64,000 bases of DNA from a virus (Duplodnaviria; Caudoviricetes): the IMG/VR virus record IMGVR_UViG_3300035520_001860, positions 69,587-133,586 of that record; one strand, written 5' to 3'. How positions within the stretch are numbered: position 1 is the first letter of the stretch; the number at the start of each line of letters is the position of its first letter. The notes beneath the pieces were generated by a model. That model ran no database searches. It saw only the letters and a list, made by a program, of their open reading frames with translations, and was not told the origin of the DNA. Shown in pieces: positions 10,063 to 20,284 of this stretch. Made by a program: the position numbers and the translations under genes.

Positions 10063-11189
10063 TAAATGATAACACACTTAAGTATTTAGACGACCTTGGA
10101 ATAGGTGCAAACATAAACAAATTGGAATCATATATTATAGACTATAAACAGGCACAAAATTTGTGTGACTTATATGAATATGAGTATGATTACATTCAGC
10201 TATGCAAAATACTTAAAGAAGCTAGATTAACATCTCGTGCATTTAGTGATGATATAAGACTTATTGCAGAAGAAACAGATAAGTATGACAGATTATTTAG
10301 TAGCTATTGCAATGAAGAACCTTATGTATTCTATGGAATGAATAACTACAGAATGTCAATGATAAATGACATTATAAATAGTAGTCCAACACAAGATATA
10401 AGTATACTAGCAATGCCAAATGTGAAAGGTTTAAATATTAGATGTTCATATATTGAAGGATATATACATAGAGTAAACTTAGTTGGAGACAAAAAATTTA
10501 CTAATATAACAAAACTTGTTAAAGATATGCTACCTGGATATATTGATAAGTTTGCAAAGAGTGAATTGGTAGAGTGCAGAGGAAAAATAACAATATACAA
10601 TAACAACCCATTAGATATGGAGTATTGTAATGTTGAGTGTTCAACAATGCACATGCTTAGACTTGGAATAAATACAGATTCATTGAAAATTATATTCAAT
10701 GACATAGTAGCAGATGATATGTCTGGAATAACTAATCAATGGGATAAGATAGAATATCTTAGAGAACTTGGGTTTAGTGTTCCACATCATGGGTTAATTC
10801 GAGATATTAGCAGGTCAGAAGTTGAAGAAGCAATAACAGAGTTTGTAAAATACTTTGAAAATATAAAAGCTGAAACAGGAATAATATATGAATACAATGG
10901 ATATGAATTTAGAGACAACAACAACATGGAAACTAACAACTCATCAAGAGTTATTTACAAGGATAAAGAAGTAAATTACAAAGATGTTTTTGAGTCAAAA
11001 ATAAAATCAAACATGATAATTACAGATTACAACGATATGATAGTTAATATAATACCAGTAAAATGTAATGATAACTGTACAATAACAGAGGTACGCGTAA
11101 ATGATGTTACACTGTTAGACAGATATGGATTTGACATAGGCAACAAAATAAGATTCAGAGTAGTAAATAATAAAGCAATACTAGTTTAG
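10059..11189 (+). CDS. NAD-dependent DNA ligase-like adenylation + OB-fold half, catalytically degenerate
   Basis: MPNVKGLNIRCSY corresponds to motif I EPKxDGLAxSLxY with K and D lost. Also VECRGK, QWDKIEYLRELGFSV, YEYNG and an OB-like C-terminus. Confidence 0.65.
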   Translation: MINDNTLKYLDDLGIGANINKLESYIIDYKQAQNLCDLYEYEYDYIQLCKILKEARLTSRAFSDDIRLIAEETDKYDRLFSSYCNEEPYVFYGMNNYRMSMINDIINSSPTQDISILAMPNVKGLNIRCSYIEGYIHRVNLVGDKKFTNITKLVKDMLPGYIDKFAKSELVECRGKITIYNNNPLDMEYCNVECSTMHMLRLGINTDSLKIIFNDIVADDMSGITNQWDKIEYLRELGFSVPHHGLIRDISRSEVEEAITEFVKYFENIKAETGIIYEYNGYEFRDNNNMETNNSSRVIYKDKEVNYKDVFESKIKSNMIITDYNDMIVNIIPVKCNDNCTITEVRVNDVTLLDRYGFDIGNKIRFRVVNNKAILV

Positions 11190-11208
11190 TCATAAATTAA
11201 CCAATATT

Positions 11209-11256
11209 TTTACCATTGTTGCATAAGTAATTTATGTTTAACAATGGTAAATTTTT
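11209..11256 (+). terminator. Intrinsic terminator
   Basis: tttaccattgtt...aacaatggtaaa stem followed by a T run. Confidence 0.65.
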
Positions 11257-11362
11257 AAATTACCTCGAAATAGTCATATTATTTAAAATAAGTAGTTTTT
11301 ATTAAAAATTATGAAACAAAAATAGAACTAGTTGTTAAAATAATATTACGGAGGTAATAAAG

Positions 11363-12931
11363 ATGGCAAACTTGAAAGACGATGATATAGCTTTCGATGA
11401 TATGGAGTTTGACACAAATGACTTCGATGATGGAGAATTTGATATTAATGAGGGCGAAGATGAAATAATAGATGGTTCCGATGAAATTATAATGGATGAG
11501 CCTATAGAAGAATCATCTGGAGACTCATTAGATGTTATGGCAAGCTTTCATGATGAAGCTGTAGACGAATCTGATTTAGATGGAGCAATTGTTGATGGAG
11601 TTGATCTTCATGAGGATGAAGATGAACAGATTGACAATGAGATGGACTTCATAAGTGATGCAGGTAACATAGTAGTTCAAGATGCTAATGACGATGGTGA
11701 AAAAGGATTCGGACTCCAGTATATTAATATAGAAAAAATAGCTATAACACAGAGAATTAGAAAAATGCAGTCTGTAGAAGGATTGGTACAATCTATTCAA
11801 TCTACTGGATTATTATGTCCTATAGTTGTGGCACCAACAGCTACAGAAGGACTGTATGTTCTATTAGAGGGATACAGAAGATTACAAGCATGTGCAAGAG
11901 TAGGTTTAACTAAAGTACCTTGTGTTGTTAATAATCGTGTAAGCACTCCAGAAATACCAATTCTTGAGGCTATGTACAATCATTCACAGAAATACTCAAT
12001 TAAAGAGCAGGTTGATTACATTAATTATCTTGAAACACAAAAAGGTATTATGAATCCAGCCATGATTGAATATTTGTTACAGATGAATAGTGGTGATTAT
12101 ACAAAATTAAAAGATATATTAGCAGATAACGATGATGATATAGTCGAAAAATTGTATGATGGAGCATATGATATAGGAACTGCATTTAGAAAATTGGAGC
12201 AGCGTCGTAAGAAAGAAACTCTTGAGGAAAAAGAGAACAAGAAGGCAGCAAGGGTTTATGATGACGAAGAAGCATCAGGAGCAGACCAGATTGAAGGTAG
12301 TGGTGAAGATGCTGACAGTGATGCTTTGACAGAGGATCAAATAAATGCACTTGCAATAAATGCAGAAGATCTTGATGATGATATAGAAGAAACATCTCTT
12401 AATGAAATGGTTGAGGAAGATAAGAACCTTGAAGGATTTAAGCCACATAAACAGAAAGTTGGAGAGCGTGAATATGTAGACCCAATCATCAAGAAAACAG
12501 TAATGGCACGAGATAAGTCAACATGCCAGTGCTGTAAAAGGGGTGGAGAACAATATGTTGACATCCTGGACTATCATCATATACTCCCTGTCTTCTTGTC
12601 GGGAGCCGATACACCAGAGAATGGCATAATGTTATGTGTGTCATGTCATAGACTTGTTCATTTATATTCCACAGATGATCTACATATAGATACTGCATTA
12701 CTAACAGGCAGTTATGATGATTTAACTGACGAGCAGAAGAGTCATTATGAGAATGAAGAAATCTTCGAAGATGAAAAAAGACGATTCAAAAGGATTATAA
12801 AGCTTGGTTCTGTGATTCGAAAAGGCATTGTCGCCAAGGGAATGAACAAAGACCAGTATAAGAAAGAACATTCCAATAACGGCATAGGCAGAAGAAAACC
12901 TGGTGTCAATGCAGAACAAGAAACTCTGTAA
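11363..12931 (+). CDS. ParB/Srx-domain protein with acidic N-terminus and C-terminal HNH nuclease domain
   Basis: LVQSIQSTGLLCPIVV...EGYRRLQA (ParB box); RDKSTCQCC...HHILP...N...LCVSCHRLVH (HNH). Confidence 0.8.
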   Translation: MANLKDDDIAFDDMEFDTNDFDDGEFDINEGEDEIIDGSDEIIMDEPIEESSGDSLDVMASFHDEAVDESDLDGAIVDGVDLHEDEDEQIDNEMDFISDAGNIVVQDANDDGEKGFGLQYINIEKIAITQRIRKMQSVEGLVQSIQSTGLLCPIVVAPTATEGLYVLLEGYRRLQACARVGLTKVPCVVNNRVSTPEIPILEAMYNHSQKYSIKEQVDYINYLETQKGIMNPAMIEYLLQMNSGDYTKLKDILADNDDDIVEKLYDGAYDIGTAFRKLEQRRKKETLEEKENKKAARVYDDEEASGADQIEGSGEDADSDALTEDQINALAINAEDLDDDIEETSLNEMVEEDKNLEGFKPHKQKVGEREYVDPIIKKTVMARDKSTCQCCKRGGEQYVDILDYHHILPVFLSGADTPENGIMLCVSCHRLVHLYSTDDLHIDTALLTGSYDDLTDEQKSHYENEEIFEDEKRRFKRIIKLGSVIRKGIVAKGMNKDQYKKEHSNNGIGRRKPGVNAEQETL

Positions 12932-12943
12932 CAAGGAGATTAA

Positions 12944-14416
12944 ATGGAAAGAGCATTTAGAACTACTTCATATCCAGAACAGTATATAGGATTTGCATGT
13001 AAAAACACATTTAAGCATGTGGAACTGAATAAACGAATGGGAAATGGTATGGAGGCTGACATAGCAATTTGGGATACAAACACAATAATAGAATACAACG
13101 GAGTTTATTGGCATAAACCAGAAAGAGATGAACGAAAGAAAAAATTCATAGAATCCTATGGAATAAGACTAATAAGAATTTGGGATAGTGATGCAACAGG
13201 AAAATCTAAAGCATATGCAAAAATTATTTCAGAAAATGACATAGAGTTTAACAGATACTTAAGAGATATGTCGCCAGTCATTCCATTATTAGAGTCATTA
13301 CTTAAAACTAAATTGGTTATATCCGATAATATGGAAAATGATGTACTGGATTTTGTAAATCAAAACATCCGAGACCAGAATCTAGCATTTCAATATCCTG
13401 ATATAGCAGAAGAATTGTTAGATGTAGACCCATCAAAATTATTTATTACAGATAGTAAAACACGCAGATGGAAATGTAAAACATGCGGAACAGTATTTCA
13501 AACCAGTGTAGGACATAGAGTTTATAATAAAACAAATTGTCCAGCCTGTGCAGGAAATATAGCAATTCCAGGAAAGACAGATATACTCACAGTATTACCA
13601 GAGTATGCAAATGAGATAACAAGTTTAACAGAGGAGGAAAAAAGAAACACATTACCATTTTCCACACAAACTGTTATCTGGAAATGTTCCAACTGTGGTT
13701 ATACATGGAATAGTGATATAAGACAACGTACAGTAGTTAAAACAAGCTGTCCAAAATGTGGATATTTACCACTAAATATAAATAGAGATGACTTTGTAGA
13801 TATAAAATATCTTCAAGATGTAAAAAAGCCTATTAGTCAAATGCAAATATATAATCAAATATACAATGTTGATATTGCTGATGCAATAGGAGTAATAGTA
13901 AATGCACTGTTGAAAATAGGAAAATCATTAGACAATATAGTTAGTCTAGCAGATTTGATTAACAATAGGTCACAGGAAGAAAAGATATCATACAACAGTG
14001 ATATTTACATAGCACCAAAACTTATAACAACATATAATAACAAAGCAATTTATATAGAGGGTAATGCTGGAACACAGTATAAGATAAACATACTTAAAGC
14101 ATTATTAGATACATTTAATATAAAAGCCTTATTTAAGATAAAGGATGAATACAAATTACCTAAAAGAATTACAGTAGCTAAAAATGGTGTGGATTTTAAT
14201 GTAACAACTAGGATAAGCGGTAAAATAGTTTATATAGGCAGACGAAGAACAGTAGATGAAGCATTAAGATTAAAACTATCAGCAGAAGTATATTTCTTTG
14301 GTAACATACTGATTCAATCAGATCTGCAACTACTTCAAAACCAAACCATTCCAGATTTTAAAACAATGCCAGAATATGAAAAATTTAAAGACAAGTATGG
14401 AGGAAACAACAGTTGA
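12944..14416 (+). CDS. Homing-endonuclease-like protein (PD-(D/E)XK + zinc ribbons + AP2-like tail)
   Basis: EADIAIWDTNTIIEYNGVYWH; two WKCxxCG...CPxC units; C-terminal VYIGRRRTVDEA. Confidence 0.65.
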   Translation: MERAFRTTSYPEQYIGFACKNTFKHVELNKRMGNGMEADIAIWDTNTIIEYNGVYWHKPERDERKKKFIESYGIRLIRIWDSDATGKSKAYAKIISENDIEFNRYLRDMSPVIPLLESLLKTKLVISDNMENDVLDFVNQNIRDQNLAFQYPDIAEELLDVDPSKLFITDSKTRRWKCKTCGTVFQTSVGHRVYNKTNCPACAGNIAIPGKTDILTVLPEYANEITSLTEEEKRNTLPFSTQTVIWKCSNCGYTWNSDIRQRTVVKTSCPKCGYLPLNINRDDFVDIKYLQDVKKPISQMQIYNQIYNVDIADAIGVIVNALLKIGKSLDNIVSLADLINNRSQEEKISYNSDIYIAPKLITTYNNKAIYIEGNAGTQYKINILKALLDTFNIKALFKIKDEYKLPKRITVAKNGVDFNVTTRISGKIVYIGRRRTVDEALRLKLSAEVYFFGNILIQSDLQLLQNQTIPDFKTMPEYEKFKDKYGGNNS

Positions 14417-14898
14417 ATAAAGAATGTGCAGTAACTGAAAATAACATATACATAGACACATTAGGTAAGAAACAGCAGACTAAAATACTCAATACAATTA
14501 ATATAAAAGAGCATGAAGATAGTGTAAAAAGAAAAGCATTTATTAGAGACAAATTTACATGTCAGTGCTGTAAACGAGGTGGAGATAAATATATAGATAT
14601 ACTTGATGTTCATCATATAATACCATTGGAATTTGGTGGAGATGCAACAGTAGAGAATAGTGTAACATTGTGTGTTGCATGTCATAGACTTATTCATCTT
14701 TATTCTACTAGAGAACTTTACATCGACAAAGCTTTCTATAGCAGCTATGATAAATTAACAGATAGGCAAAAGAAACAGTATCAAAGTAAAATGATATTTG
14801 ATGACGAAAAGAGAAGATTTGAAAGAATAATAGTACTAGGTTCTATAATACGAAAAAGCATAGTAACAAAGGGAATGAACAAAGATAAAAATAATTAG
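14413..14898 (+). CDS. Stand-alone HNH protein, paralogous to the C-terminus of 11363..12931
   Basis: RDKFTCQCCKRGG...HHIIP...LCVACHRLIHLYST...EKRRF.RII.LGS.IRK.IV.KGMNKD is shared with the upstream gene. Confidence 0.75.
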   Translation: MNKECAVTENNIYIDTLGKKQQTKILNTINIKEHEDSVKRKAFIRDKFTCQCCKRGGDKYIDILDVHHIIPLEFGGDATVENSVTLCVACHRLIHLYSTRELYIDKAFYSSYDKLTDRQKKQYQSKMIFDDEKRRFERIIVLGSIIRKSIVTKGMNKDKNN

Positions 14899-14907
14899 TA
14901 TCATTCA

Positions 14908-15897
14908 ATGGAGAGTAACATGAGTATAAGTGTAAGAGAAGTATTAGACAATGAGCTAATGTCAGAGGGTACACTTAGGGGTATACCAACAAGATGTAAG
15001 TGTGGTGCACCTATGGTATTTAATGACTCATTGAGAAATATACAGTGTTCAAACAAAAAATGTAAATACAAACTTGTATCAAGAATAAAAAGATTTGCTA
15101 AAATAACTAATATAAATATTGATGATACAATAGCACTTGAACTAATACAGTATCTTGGTATAGTTACTCCATATCAAATATTAATGATAGACCAGGTGGT
15201 AGAAGCTAACAAGCAGAGTGTTAGAAATATACATAACATATTAGAAATAGCAAATGGCATAAAGAAATATAAGAGTACAAAACATAAAATATATGAAGTA
15301 GCGGCACTTTGTGGTATAAGTACAATAGAGAATATAGCAAAACAACTATTTGAAGGTTTTAATTCATTAGATGATGTGTACAATGAATTAGATAAATGTC
15401 AAGTATCATATATAAGTGACAGACTTGGCATACATAATAATGATTGTGCACAGTTTTCAGTTGATATATACAACAAGCTTATTGAACTAAAAGACGAAAT
15501 GATGTTTGGAGAGGCCCAGTTAGAAATTGATGAGTATCCAAATAAAATGGATATAGTCATAACAGACAATGTACTGCCATTTATAAATAAGTCAGAATAC
15601 ATAGAATTTTTAAATTCAAAATACAATATATGTTTTAATATGACAACATCAGTTTCTGATAATACAGATATATTGATTAGCAACTCAACACCAGCAAGTA
15701 ATAAAATGCATAGCGCAACAGTAATAAACAATAGATATGTTGCTAATGAGATGAATCAGAATAAGCTTAATCTATCAGATATTAACAAGAAAGTAGATGG
15801 AGAATTAAAGCCACTTGGTGTAAAAGTACTTATATGCACTTCAAATGAGTTAGAAACTAGGTTAAATGAATTGGAGGCGCATGATGGAGGCAAATAA
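14908..15897 (+). CDS. NAD-dependent DNA ligase-like C-terminal half (Zn finger, HhH, BRCT)
   Basis: IPTRCKCGA...CSNKKC...RIKRF (Zn finger); ALCGI...AKQLFEGFNSLD (HhH); IVIT...SVSDNTDILI...SNKMHSA (BRCT). Confidence 0.7.
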   Translation: MESNMSISVREVLDNELMSEGTLRGIPTRCKCGAPMVFNDSLRNIQCSNKKCKYKLVSRIKRFAKITNINIDDTIALELIQYLGIVTPYQILMIDQVVEANKQSVRNIHNILEIANGIKKYKSTKHKIYEVAALCGISTIENIAKQLFEGFNSLDDVYNELDKCQVSYISDRLGIHNNDCAQFSVDIYNKLIELKDEMMFGEAQLEIDEYPNKMDIVITDNVLPFINKSEYIEFLNSKYNICFNMTTSVSDNTDILISNSTPASNKMHSATVINNRYVANEMNQNKLNLSDINKKVDGELKPLGVKVLICTSNELETRLNELEAHDGGK

Positions 15898-16351
15898 GTA
15901 TAAGGTGGTAGGAAAAGAGATAAAAGGAATAGAAGTTGTTGGACTAACCATAGAAAATTCTGAAGGTAGCAAAAGGAATATAAATTTACCAGACGCAATT
16001 AAATTATCAAGAGGAGAAACATTTAGTAATGCACACTCAGTATTTGACAGTGTTAATTCAGAATATAAGATTAGCATAGATGGAGGTTTAGATAATTTAG
16101 CAATATCAGATAGAACAAAAGGAACAAGACTAAAACTTATAAGTAGAATAATCAATTCAGATAATGTTTGTGTTGGTTACAAAGCACAAGATAGTAAGGG
16201 CAAGATATTCAAATTAAGTATATCAAAGATATGGGAATTGGCAGAACAAGGTTCTGTAATAGGCGTTGTAGCAAAAGTGAGTAATAAAGGTAAGGTACTA
16301 TTAAGCACTGATGAATGTAAGCTAGACGAGTTACCTATTTTTAGAAATTAA
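15881..16351 (+). CDS. Hypothetical protein
   Basis: GGAGG RBS before the ATG at 15881; shares a GY/GF beta motif with 17940 and 21672. Confidence 0.65.
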   Translation: MMEANKYKVVGKEIKGIEVVGLTIENSEGSKRNINLPDAIKLSRGETFSNAHSVFDSVNSEYKISIDGGLDNLAISDRTKGTRLKLISRIINSDNVCVGYKAQDSKGKIFKLSISKIWELAEQGSVIGVVAKVSNKGKVLLSTDECKLDELPIFRN

Positions 16352-16368
16352 AATATTGTTTCAACTAG

Positions 16369-16397
16369 TTGACAAAGGTTAATTATGGTGTTATAAT
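16369..16397 (+). promoter_or_regulatory. sigmaA promoter upstream of infC
   Basis: TTGACA-17 nt-TATAAT with extended TG. Confidence 0.85.
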
Positions 16398-16442
16398 ATA
16401 GTTGAAAATAATAGTAATATTTTTAAATCTAGGGGGAAAGCA

Positions 16443-16505
16443 ATGTACACTCTCGTGAAAAAATAGACCTGTTGACTTTTAATAAGTTTGATGGGTCTAT
16501 TTTTA
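16443..16505 (+). promoter_or_regulatory. Leader: 7-codon uORF (MYTLVKK) overlapping a terminator-like hairpin
   Basis: GGGGGA RBS, ATG 16443, TAG 16464-66 inside the atagacc...ggtctat stem, followed by a T run. Confidence 0.55.
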
Positions 16506-16548
16506 TATACAAAATACTTTAAATGAAAAAGGAGAACATAACTAAAAA

Positions 16549-17052
16549 ATGATTAACAATGAAATTAAGTCCAATGTAGTCAACGTAGTATTGGAGGAGG
16601 GCAAGGGCTTAAAACAGATGAGCCTCGAGGAAGCAATGGCACTTGCAGAGGAAACTGGAGAAGATGTAGTTTGTCTTAATGACAATACAGAGATTCCTGT
16701 TGTAAAGATCATGGACTACGGAAAATTTCAGTATGAAAAAGCTAAGAAGGCAAAGGATAACAAAAAGAAAGCCAGATTAGCAGCTCAGGATACTAAGGAT
16801 GTTGTAATTTCAGACTCCATAGCAGAGCATGACTTAAAGATAAAGGCTAACACAGCAGACAGAATCATCAATGAAGGAGATAAGGTAAGACTTATAATCA
16901 GATACAAAGGCAGAGCAGTAGCTTTCATTAACGAGGGACCTAAAAAGCTTCAGGCACTTGTTGATAAGATGGAATCACAGTTCACTGTAACTGCTAGACC
17001 AAAGATTGATGGTAAACAGGTGTCAATGACATTAACACCTAGTAAAAAATAG
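16549..17052 (+). CDS. infC: Translation initiation factor IF-3
   Basis: INNEI..., PVVKIMDYGKFQYE, IAEHDLKIK, GDKVRL.IRYKGR. Confidence 0.93.
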   Translation: MINNEIKSNVVNVVLEEGKGLKQMSLEEAMALAEETGEDVVCLNDNTEIPVVKIMDYGKFQYEKAKKAKDNKKKARLAAQDTKDVVISDSIAEHDLKIKANTADRIINEGDKVRLIIRYKGRAVAFINEGPKKLQALVDKMESQFTVTARPKIDGKQVSMTLTPSKK

Positions 17053-17151
17053 ATAATACATATAGAAATATGCTTGGGGTATTTAGGGGATAAGTAACAC
17101 ATAAATATTTCAAGCATATTTTATTTCATAGGCATATTAAAGGAGACAATC

Positions 17152-17739
17152 ATGAAAAAACTTAAAACTTTGCTATTATTAACTGCAACAGGTTTATTAC
17201 TTGTAGCTTGTAATAAAGAGACAAAAACAGGTGTAACAGTAGGTTTAAATAATGACACAGACGAAGTAGCAGAAGTAAGGACACCAGACATTAAAGAATT
17301 GACAGGGAACAACGGAACTGAAGAAATATCTACAGAAGAATATGAGAATGATTCAGATGGAATAGAAGTGTACTCAGACGAAATTGAAATAGAAACAACT
17401 GAAACAGACTTAGAAACAGCTTCATTTGAGGATGATACAGATACAAATGATATGATTGGCTTTTGGATGACAGAAGATAACACTACAATAGTAGAGTTTA
17501 AATCAGATAATACATATAGTAGATATGATATTTCACAAGATACATATTATTATGGAACATATGATACTGACAGCGAAACATTCATAACATTAGAGGAGGA
17601 TGAAGAAGAGTCAGGATTAACTTACTATTTAAGCATCAGTACACAAAGTAGCAATGATAATACATTTAGAGTTGCAACTATATCTCGTGGGGAAACAACA
17701 ATAGTACTTGTAGAAAAAGATATAGAAGAGACGAATTAG
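17152..17739 (+). CDS. Acidic lipoprotein
   Basis: MKK signal peptide, lipobox LVAC, D/E-rich. Confidence 0.7.
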   Translation: MKKLKTLLLLTATGLLLVACNKETKTGVTVGLNNDTDEVAEVRTPDIKELTGNNGTEEISTEEYENDSDGIEVYSDEIEIETTETDLETASFEDDTDTNDMIGFWMTEDNTTIVEFKSDNTYSRYDISQDTYYYGTYDTDSETFITLEEDEEESGLTYYLSISTQSSNDNTFRVATISRGETTIVLVEKDIEETN

Positions 17740-17748
17740 ACATTTAGT

Positions 17749-17779
17749 AGAGATATGTATTTGCATATCTCTATTTTTT
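17749..17779 (+). terminator. Intrinsic terminator
   Basis: tagagatatg/catatctcta stem followed by a T run. Confidence 0.7.
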
Positions 17780-17939
17780 ATATACTTAGTACTATTTTAA
17801 ACACAATATACAAACATACACATCAAATGTTAAAAACAATATTGACTAGTATTGAAGCATTAACATAATAATACAGTAAAAAATTTAAAAAATTTGAAAT
17901 TTACATATTTAGTATACATTGAAAGGTAGGATATTAACA

Positions 17940-20186
17940 ATGAAAATACATCTTATAGCTGTACATTGTGATTATAAGGGCGATATAGTTGGATTTAGAT
18001 TATTCGATTCAGAAGCGTCTGGTAATAAGACAGTAGTTATGGATCAAGAATATGCTAACGTAGAAGCACTGGTTAAGTCTAATAAGGTGAATATAATAGG
18101 CATTGAATATTCTGGTGGTAAACTTAGAGGAAGTAATGGTAGCTTTGACAGATATCCTGCATTATACAATAATAAGATAAATAGACAGGCTATAGTTATA
18201 ATTGGTACTATTGATGATGTAGGATATAGAGTATGTAACTACGAAGGTAAATCAACAGATGAAACAGTGCAGAAATTAGTAAGTTACAGTAATAATGTTC
18301 CTATTGCAAATGGCAAACTGGTAACTAAATCAGACGGAAAACAGTTTATAAGTGCTATTAGCGGTACATATGATAACATACCAGTGTCAAAATCAACATT
18401 AACAAAACAAGTACAAACACCTAAGGTTGAAAGTAAACCTAAGGAAACCAATTCAGATACTACACAAAATAATATTGAAGATAAGAAAGCTGAAGCAAAG
18501 AAGAAATTAACTAAACAGGTACAACTTAGAGGAAATGACCCAAGATTTCCAGATGTTATAACAGGTATTAGATTGAAAGAATCTCATATGAAAGATATAG
18601 ATGAAAGTACTGGAATGACACTTGAGCAGAAGTTACTTGCAGCTATACTTGCAGTAAGAGAGACAAGACCATTCTATTATGCATTGTTATCCATATTAAA
18701 AAGAGAAGAAGTACCTGAGGATGATGAGGTACAAACAGCGGCTGTTTCTATAAATACATTATATATTAATCCTAAGATAATTAGAGAATGTAGTATACCA
18801 CAGCTAACATTTGTATTAATGCATGAAGTCTGTCATATAGCAATGAAGCATAGAATAAGAGAGAATAATAGAGAGCACGATGCTTGGAATATTGCATGCG
18901 ATTTTTATATAAATAAAAGCTTGGCAGAAGAATTTAATGTACAGAAACTTGATACTGATACATACATGGGAGATAAGAAAAGTACAGGAGTACATAATAT
19001 AAACATACCATCATGGGTACTTTATGCAGATGACGTTGATATAGATACAGATACTCCAGAGAAATTATATGAGGAGCTCATGCAGCTACAGAAAGAAATG
19101 CAACAGCAGACGGGCGGACAAGAAAGCGGCAGCCAAGGTCAAGGTCAGAGTCAGGGTCAGGGTCAAGGTCAGGGAGGTAACTCATCTGGAAATTCTAACT
19201 CAAGTTCTAATGAGCAAGATGACGAACAAGAGCAAGGAAATGGACAAGGAAATAACGAAAATAACAGTGATAATAAACAAGGACAAAACAGAAACAAGAA
19301 GAAGTCACAGAATGGTTCATCTGATAAAGATGAAAACTCAAATGGAAATGGATCAAACGGTGGACAAAACAAAAAGAAACGTAGATTCCTTGGTAAAGAG
19401 TTTAGAGGTAGCACAATAAATGAAGATAAAGCCGACATGGTAGATGACAAGGATTCAGTTGGTAAGTCACAGGAACAAATGGAACAGTCAGCAGCAACAC
19501 TGGTTAATCAGGCAGTATCAATTTATTTACAGACAAACCAATGGGGAGGTGCATCTGATGGATTTCTTGAGAGGTACATTCAAGAAGCAATAGCACCTAA
19601 AGTAAATTGGAAAAGTGTACTGAAAAGATTCTTGACACGTGCCAGTCAGTTAGAGTATACATTTGCACATCCAGATAAGAGATTTTTAGGTAGAACAACA
19701 TTTGATGGTAGACGTCAAGTATTTGCAGGTCCACATAAAGTAGATAATGGTGAGCTTGAGAATATTAAGATATGCATAGATACATCTGGTTCAATATCAA
19801 ATGAGGATTTAGGTGTAGCATTAAGTCAAATAAAGGATATGTTTAAACAGTATAAGGCAGAAGCAGAATGTTTATACTGGGATACAAGTGTATGTGCAGT
19901 ATATCCGTTTAAAGAGGTTGACGAATTGGTTAGATGCAAACCTATGGGTGGTGGTGGAACAGACGCGAACTGTATATTTGATTACTTTGAAACAAGTGAT
20001 GACTACAGATTACATAGAAAACAGCAACCATCACTTATAATAGTGTTTACAGATGGATACTTTGGGGATGTTGATAAGAAATACAGTAGAAAGTACAAAA
20101 ATACTGTATGGGTAATAAGTGGTAGTTATAAAGATTTTACACCACCATTTGGAGTTGTAGCACCATTTAAAAATGAAGTCATGTAG
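17940..20186 (+). CDS. Putative metallopeptidase + VWA domain protein (DUF2201-like)
   Basis: HEVCHIAMKH...WNIACDFYIN; G/Q/S/N low-complexity linker; MIDAS DTSGS, GGGGTD, FTDGY. Confidence 0.85.
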   Translation: MKIHLIAVHCDYKGDIVGFRLFDSEASGNKTVVMDQEYANVEALVKSNKVNIIGIEYSGGKLRGSNGSFDRYPALYNNKINRQAIVIIGTIDDVGYRVCNYEGKSTDETVQKLVSYSNNVPIANGKLVTKSDGKQFISAISGTYDNIPVSKSTLTKQVQTPKVESKPKETNSDTTQNNIEDKKAEAKKKLTKQVQLRGNDPRFPDVITGIRLKESHMKDIDESTGMTLEQKLLAAILAVRETRPFYYALLSILKREEVPEDDEVQTAAVSINTLYINPKIIRECSIPQLTFVLMHEVCHIAMKHRIRENNREHDAWNIACDFYINKSLAEEFNVQKLDTDTYMGDKKSTGVHNINIPSWVLYADDVDIDTDTPEKLYEELMQLQKEMQQQTGGQESGSQGQGQSQGQGQGQGGNSSGNSNSSSNEQDDEQEQGNGQGNNENNSDNKQGQNRNKKKSQNGSSDKDENSNGNGSNGGQNKKKRRFLGKEFRGSTINEDKADMVDDKDSVGKSQEQMEQSAATLVNQAVSIYLQTNQWGGASDGFLERYIQEAIAPKVNWKSVLKRFLTRASQLEYTFAHPDKRFLGRTTFDGRRQVFAGPHKVDNGELENIKICIDTSGSISNEDLGVALSQIKDMFKQYKAEAECLYWDTSVCAVYPFKEVDELVRCKPMGGGGTDANCIFDYFETSDDYRLHRKQQPSLIIVFTDGYFGDVDKKYSRKYKNTVWVISGSYKDFTPPFGVVAPFKNEVM

Positions 20187-20190
20187 AAAA

Positions 20191-20228
20191 AATGAAGTAA
20201 ATGCTGAAATAACAGCATTTACTTCATT
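20191..20228 (+). terminator. Perfect 16-bp inverted repeat (terminator or stem-loop)
   Basis: aatgaagtaaatgctg-aaataa-cagcatttacttcatt. Confidence 0.55.
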
Positions 20229-20284
20229 ATAATAAAAAATTAAAGTTTTAAATTTAGCAGCAGTTGAGAGGTAGCATTGAGAAA

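Noticed and set aside
19069-19450. Alternative-frame ORFs inside the VWA gene
   Set aside because: By-products of the low-complexity G/Q/S/N linker.
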